Notes under the pieces: model-generated
What the model saw: the letters and a program-made list of their open reading frames with translations, nothing else
The model's database searches: none
What the model was told of the DNA's origin: nothing
From: Prevotella sp.
Lineage (GTDB): Bacteria; Bacteroidota; Bacteroidia; Bacteroidales; Dysgonomonadaceae
Direction: 5' to 3'
Assembly (NCBI GenBank): GCA_031285625.1
Contig: JAITVV010000092.1
Location: forward strand, 64,001-128,000
Length of the DNA: 64,000 nucleotides
Made by a program: the position numbers and the translations under genes
In this document: positions 59,150-64,000 of the stretch, piece after piece
Layout of the letters: each line of letters begins with the position of its first letter
Numbering within the stretch: the first letter of the stretch is position 1

Positions 59150-59683
59150 ATGATGGATGCCAAAGTAACCCTTATCAAAGGTGATATAACAACTATAAAT
59201 GTTGATATCATTGTAAATGCTGCTAATTCGTCTTTGCTTGGCGGAGGTGGAGTAGATGGTGCTATACATCGCAAAGGTGGAGGGCAGATACTTGAAGAAT
59301 GTAAAGTTATCCGAAACAGGCAAGGCGGTTGTAAGACAGGGGAAGCCGTATACACAACAGCCGGATTACTACCTGCCAAGTATGTGATCCATACGGTTGG
59401 TCCTGTGTGGAATGGAGGAAGTAAAAATGAGAGAGAATCATTAGCTAATTGTTATATTAATTCTTTAAGGTTAGCCAATGAACTGAATGTAAAGACTATT
59501 GCTTTCCCTAATATAAGTACAGGAATTTATCATTTTCCCAAGAAAGAAGCTGCGGATATAGCTTTTCAAGCTGTTAATAGCTTTATGAATGGTGAAAATA
59601 AAACTCTGGTCGAGGTACAATTTGTTTGCTTTGATGATGAGAATTACAAATTATATGAGACTATTCTAGGTAAGAATCAGTAA
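59150..59683 (+). CDS. Macrodomain O-acetyl-ADP-ribose deacetylase (YmdB-like)
   Basis: [41 protein letters not shown]. Confidence 0.95.
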   Translation: MMDAKVTLIKGDITTINVDIIVNAANSSLLGGGGVDGAIHRKGGGQILEECKVIRNRQGGCKTGEAVYTTAGLLPAKYVIHTVGPVWNGGSKNERESLANCYINSLRLANELNVKTIAFPNISTGIYHFPKKEAADIAFQAVNSFMNGENKTLVEVQFVCFDDENYKLYETILGKNQ

Positions 59684-60357
59684 ATCATCTTATAACCTAT
59701 ACCTCTGATGTTTATGATCTGTATTCTTGAATCGAAAGATAGCTTTTTTCTGAGTTTCACAATAAAGACATGGAGGCTGCGGGTATTGAAGAAACTGTCG
59801 TCACCCCATAGTTCCATTAGTACAGCTTTGTTTTCTACAATATTATTCTGATTGGAGCAAAGCCGTTCCAAAATTGCAGCTTCACGGTGAGAAAGGATTT
59901 CTGTTTTTTGAGAATGGACAAGTTTTTGCTGTATGGAATCGAAAGTGTACTCGCCTATCTGGTATATCTTATTTTGTGGTATCTCGTTTTGTACACGGTT
60001 TAGCAGAGCTTTTATACGAACGATAAGCTCATCCATTCCAAATGGTTTTTTCAAATAGTCATTTCCTCCTATTTCGAATCCTTGTACTACATCATCGGTT
60101 CTTGATTTGGCACTCAGGAACAGGATTGGTGTTTGCTTATCACTCTGGCGAATTAATTGAGCCATACTGAACCCATCCATCTTAGGCATCATAATATCTG
60201 CTACCACAATATCAGGTTTTATTTTGTGGAACATTTCCAAACCGATATATCCATTTTCGGCACATTCTACCGAAAACTCTCTTTTTTCAAGTGCGTCTTT
60301 AACGATCATCGATAAGGCAGGCTCATCTTCAACTAATAATACCTTTATTTTATTCAT
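59677..60357 (-). CDS. OmpR-family response regulator
   Basis: [22 protein letters not shown], winged-helix [18 protein letters not shown]. Confidence 0.95.
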   Translation of the reverse strand: MNKIKVLLVEDEPALSMIVKDALEKREFSVECAENGYIGLEMFHKIKPDIVVADIMMPKMDGFSMAQLIRQSDKQTPILFLSAKSRTDDVVQGFEIGGNDYLKKPFGMDELIVRIKALLNRVQNEIPQNKIYQIGEYTFDSIQQKLVHSQKTEILSHREAAILERLCSNQNNIVENKAVLMELWGDDSFFNTRSLHVFIVKLRKKLSFDSRIQIINIRGIGYKMIY

Positions 60358-61748
60358 TCTATAATTATTTTAAAACAAGTTCCCTTTCCTTCTGCACTTT
60401 CTACTTTTATTTCCCAACCATGTTTATCTACTATTGTTTTTACATATGATAATCCCAATCCGTAGCCTTTTACATCGTGGATATTACCAGTGGATACCCT
60501 GTAGAACTTATCAAAGATCTTGTCCAAAGAACTATTGGGAATTCCTATTCCATTATCAGTAATAGATATTATTGTTTTACTACCTGCCTGGTAAGCTGAT
60601 AACTTGATATTTACACTCTCTTTTGAATATTTAATGGCGTTTTCGATCAAGTTGCTGATCACATTCTCAAAGTGCAATTTATCGGCTTCTACGTTTAACC
60701 CCGTTGGTTCAACGTCAATTGTAAACGCAACAGGTTTGGAGGTATTTAATAAGAACTTATTTTTTTGATTCTCGAAAACTCTATCCAGCTCTATATCTTC
60801 AAATACAAGTTTCAGGTTTTTTCGTTCTTCAACCGACATTGTTAAGATTTGCTCTACCAATCTGTTGAGATACATTAATTGCTCACGCGAGATAGTCAGG
60901 TATTTATCGCGTTTTTCAGGATCGTCACCCATACCGAAATTTTGTAAAGCATCTACGGCAGCGTATGTTACTGATATTGGAGTCTTCAGTTCATGAGTCA
61001 TATTATTAATAAAGTCTCCCTTTATTTCATCTATGGTTTTCTGCCGTAATATTATCTTTATCAGATAAACATATGTAACGATAAGTAATATTACCATCAA
61101 TACAGATACAGTAACCAATCCCCACATATCTTTAAAAATATACCATTTAGGGTTATCCATATATAAAATATATGAGTGCATACCATCATTTATACTTTCT
61201 ATAGCATATTCTGCACTATTTTTTATATCAAAAGATATATGAGGAATTTGTGTCACCAGACTGTCTGTCTCTGTTACCCTGCATTGGATAATATGAGGCA
61301 TATTGAGTCCCTGAGCAGATAAGTCTGCAGTCAATATACTATCAAACCTTACTAAATCCAATGGTTGTATACTTTCCATAGCGGATAGAAACCCTCTTTT
61401 TAAATGAACGGTTATATATTGTAGATCTGCAAAAATGGAATCAGGATTATTTTCTCCACTCGTACTGTCTCTGGAAAAACTCATACTAAAAGATGCTTCA
61501 TCTTTATTTTTAGATGAATCTGTTTGTAATCCAGTATCTTCCTTCTCTTGGTTTTTCTTCGTTGACACCATCGCCATCCTTATAGATAGCTCTTTAAAAG
61601 TACTGCTTTCAATAGTATTGTTCACTACTGTTTCCATCTTTTGGTATTGCTGGTTGTGAAAATTTACAAGCCAGTAAGTCTGATAAGTACACACTGATAC
61701 TAATAGAATTAAGATGACAGTAGCGGTAAGTTTGAGACGAAATTTCAT
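60354..61748 (-). CDS. Sensor histidine kinase
   Basis: Two TM segments; H-box NMTHELKTP; NLIENAIKY; DNGIG; GYGLGL. Confidence 0.95.
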   Translation of the reverse strand: MKFRLKLTATVILILLVSVCTYQTYWLVNFHNQQYQKMETVVNNTIESSTFKELSIRMAMVSTKKNQEKEDTGLQTDSSKNKDEASFSMSFSRDSTSGENNPDSIFADLQYITVHLKRGFLSAMESIQPLDLVRFDSILTADLSAQGLNMPHIIQCRVTETDSLVTQIPHISFDIKNSAEYAIESINDGMHSYILYMDNPKWYIFKDMWGLVTVSVLMVILLIVTYVYLIKIILRQKTIDEIKGDFINNMTHELKTPISVTYAAVDALQNFGMGDDPEKRDKYLTISREQLMYLNRLVEQILTMSVEERKNLKLVFEDIELDRVFENQKNKFLLNTSKPVAFTIDVEPTGLNVEADKLHFENVISNLIENAIKYSKESVNIKLSAYQAGSKTIISITDNGIGIPNSSLDKIFDKFYRVSTGNIHDVKGYGLGLSYVKTIVDKHGWEIKVESAEGKGTCFKIIIE

Positions 61749-61950
61749 ATTTCTTTTTTATAGTTATGACAAAAGTAAGGAATCAGTTTGTAACAAAAAA
61801 TAGCGATAACACTAAATAACAGTACTTGTTTTTATTTTGATCGATATCTTTTTCACATTATTAATAACTAACAGAATGTTGAGAGATATACCTTATAGAA
61901 TTTTTCATTATCTTTGTCCACAATTTTTTAAGCAGATTATAATACACATT

Positions 61951-64000
61951 ATGAGTAAGCAGTTTTCAGAGTATAATCGATTTAACTTATCTGATATCAA
62001 TAAAGAGATATTAGAAAAATGGGACAAAGAAGGCATATTTCAGCAGAGTCTGGATATACGTGAAGGGGCTCCATCTTTCGTTTTCTACGAAGGACCTCCG
62101 TCAGCAAATGGCATGCCGGGTATTCACCATGTAATGGCAAGATCGGTTAAGGATATTTTCTGCCGTTATAAGACCATGAAAGGTTTCCTTGTTAACCGCA
62201 AGGCCGGATGGGATACTCATGGCTTACCTGTAGAGCTTGCTGTAGAAAAGAAACTGGGAATAACCAAAGAAGATATTGGTAAAAAAATATCTGTAAAAGA
62301 ATATAACGATGCCTGCCGCAAGGAGGTAATGAAATATACTGGAGAATGGGAAAATCTGACCCGTATTATGGGATACTGGGTAGATATGAATGATCCTTAT
62401 GTTACTTATGATAACCGTTATATAGAAACACTCTGGTTCTTACTGAAAGAATTATATAAAAAAGGGTATTTGTATAAAGGTTATACAATTCAACCTTATT
62501 CTCCTGCTGCAGGAACAGGATTAAGCACACATGAATTGAATATGCCAGGTGCATATCGTGATGTAAAAGATACAACTTGTGTAGCACAGTTTAAAATAAA
62601 GGATCCTAAGCCTGAAATGTCTCAATTTGGAGAAGCTTTCTTTTTGGCATGGACAACCACCCCGTGGACATTACCTTCAAATACAGCTTTAACTGTAGGA
62701 CCTGAAATAACATATGTTGCTGTACAATCGTACAATCCATACACAGGTAATAAGATAACTGCTGTAATGGCAAAATCACTTGTCTACAGTATGTTTAATG
62801 AGAAGGCTAAAGATTTGTCTTTAGAAGACTATAAAGCCGGAGATAAGCTGATCCCATATAAGATAGTAGGAGAATGGAAAGGCAACGAGTTGGCGGGAAT
62901 GGAATATGAGCAACTTATACCTTGGATGAATCCTGGAGAGGGAGCCTTCAAAGTGTTGGTTGGAGATTTTGTTACAACAGAAGATGGTACCGGTATAGTA
63001 CACACAGCTCCAACCTTTGGAGCAGATGATGCAAAAGTAGCCAAAGCAAATAATATTCCTGCACTTTTATTGTTGGACAAAGACGAAAACCTGCGTCCGA
63101 TGGTAGACCTTACCGGTAAATTTTTCAGATTGGAAGATCTGGATCCGGAATATGTAAAAAACAACGTTAATGTTGATTTATATAAAGAATATGCAGGCCG
63201 TTATGTGAAGAATGAATATGACGATACATTGCCTGCTGATGCATCCACTCTGGATATCGATCTAAGTGTGATGTTGAAACAGCAAAACAGGGCATTCAAA
63301 ATAGAACGTCATGTCCACAATTACCCACATTGTTGGCGTACAGACAAACCTGTATTATACTATCCTTTAGATAGCTGGTTTATAAAAACGACAGCGAGCC
63401 GTGAGCGTATGATGGAACTCAATAAAACCATCAACTGGAAGCCTGAATCGACTGGTACGGGACGTTTTGGTAAATGGCTCGAAAATTTACAGGACTGGAA
63501 TCTGAGCCGTAGCCGTTACTGGGGAACTCCTCTACCTATCTGGAGAACAGAAGATGGTAAAGAAGAAAAATGTATCGGTTCTATGAAAGAGCTTTATGCC
63601 GAAATACAAAAAGCAGGAGAAGCCGGAGTAATGAAGGAAATACCTTGGAATGATTTTGAAATAGGTAATCTGGATAAGGGCAATTATGAAAAGATAGATC
63701 TTCACCGTCCATATGTCGATGAAATCGTACTTGTTTCGGATTCGGGGCAGCCGATGATGCGTGAAAAGGATCTTATCGATGTTTGGTTCGACTCTGGAGC
63801 CATGCCTTTTGCTCAGGTCTTTTATCCAAATATAAGCGAAGAGGAGTTTTCAAAAGTCTATCCGGCCGATTTTATCGCAGAAGGAGTTGATCAGACACGT
63901 GGATGGTTCTTTACATTACATGCTATATCAACAATGTTTAAGGATAGCATCTCCTTTAAGAATGTTATCTCTAATGGACTTGTCTTAGATAAGAATGGCA
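61951..64000 (+). CDS. ileS: Isoleucine--tRNA ligase (type 2), runs off the window end
   Basis: Not in ORF track (no stop in window); translates MSKQFSEY...FYEGPPSANGMPGIHHV...GWDTHGLPVE...WTTTPWTLPSN...DGTGIVH...YPHCWR...DWNLSRSRYWGTP...EGVDQTRGWF...GLVLDKNG; TATCTTTG promoter at 61909-61916. Confidence 0.96.
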   Translation, partial: MSKQFSEYNRFNLSDINKEILEKWDKEGIFQQSLDIREGAPSFVFYEGPPSANGMPGIHHVMARSVKDIFCRYKTMKGFLVNRKAGWDTHGLPVELAVEKKLGITKEDIGKKISVKEYNDACRKEVMKYTGEWENLTRIMGYWVDMNDPYVTYDNRYIETLWFLLKELYKKGYLYKGYTIQPYSPAAGTGLSTHELNMPGAYRDVKDTTCVAQFKIKDPKPEMSQFGEAFFLAWTTTPWTLPSNTALTVGPEITYVAVQSYNPYTGNKITAVMAKSLVYSMFNEKAKDLSLEDYKAGDKLIPYKIVGEWKGNELAGMEYEQLIPWMNPGEGAFKVLVGDFVTTEDGTGIVHTAPTFGADDAKVAKANNIPALLLLDKDENLRPMVDLTGKFFRLEDLDPEYVKNNVNVDLYKEYAGRYVKNEYDDTLPADASTLDIDLSVMLKQQNRAFKIERHVHNYPHCWRTDKPVLYYPLDSWFIKTTASRERMMELNKTINWKPESTGTGRFGKWLENLQDWNLSRSRYWGTPLPIWRTEDGKEEKCIGSMKELYAEIQKAGEAGVMKEIPWNDFEIGNLDKGNYEKIDLHRPYVDEIVLVSDSGQPMMREKDLIDVWFDSGAMPFAQVFYPNISEEEFSKVYPADFIAEGVDQTRGWFFTLHAISTMFKDSISFKNVISNGLVLDKNG

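Noticed and set aside
62402-63164. Short minus-strand ORFs near the window end
   Set aside because: Antisense to ileS, which the ORF track missed because it has no stop codon in the window

Overview
AT-rich chromosomal segment from a Bacteroidales bacterium. Gene content and TAnnTTTG promoters suggest Dysgonomonas or a relative (inference). Housekeeping genes include an acyl-CoA synthetase, two RluA-type pseudouridine synthases, a biotin-dependent carboxylase trio, a CoA-transferase, corA, tricorn protease, rdgB, fabD, rfbD, prfC and a 3'-truncated ileS. There is also a cobalamin-riboswitch-controlled B12 uptake operon. Two accessory regions stand out. (1) 40.1-50.4 kb is an NAD/ADP-ribose-flavoured island: PARG-like TIGR02452, a methyltransferase fused to two degenerate Nudix-like domains, TonB receptor-pnuC-nadR, and vWA plus a divergent adenylosuccinate-synthetase-like ligase. 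Its two outer promoters each carry a pair of the same 21-bp palindrome TTTGCGT-N7-ACGCAAA (NrtR-type GT-N7-AC core). (2) 20.3-31.7 kb has three paralogous HTH regulators divergent from a duplicated A-B-A'-B' operon of secreted modular proteins with no recognisable T9SS CTD but a short C-x-x-PVN motif; these share domains with a fifth gene at 55.4 kb. Also present: REP-like palindromic repeats, a frameshifted lipoprotein gene and a perfect 36-bp palindrome. No rRNA, tRNA, CRISPR array, transposase or integrase was recognised. All assignments come from reading motifs by eye; no searches were run.
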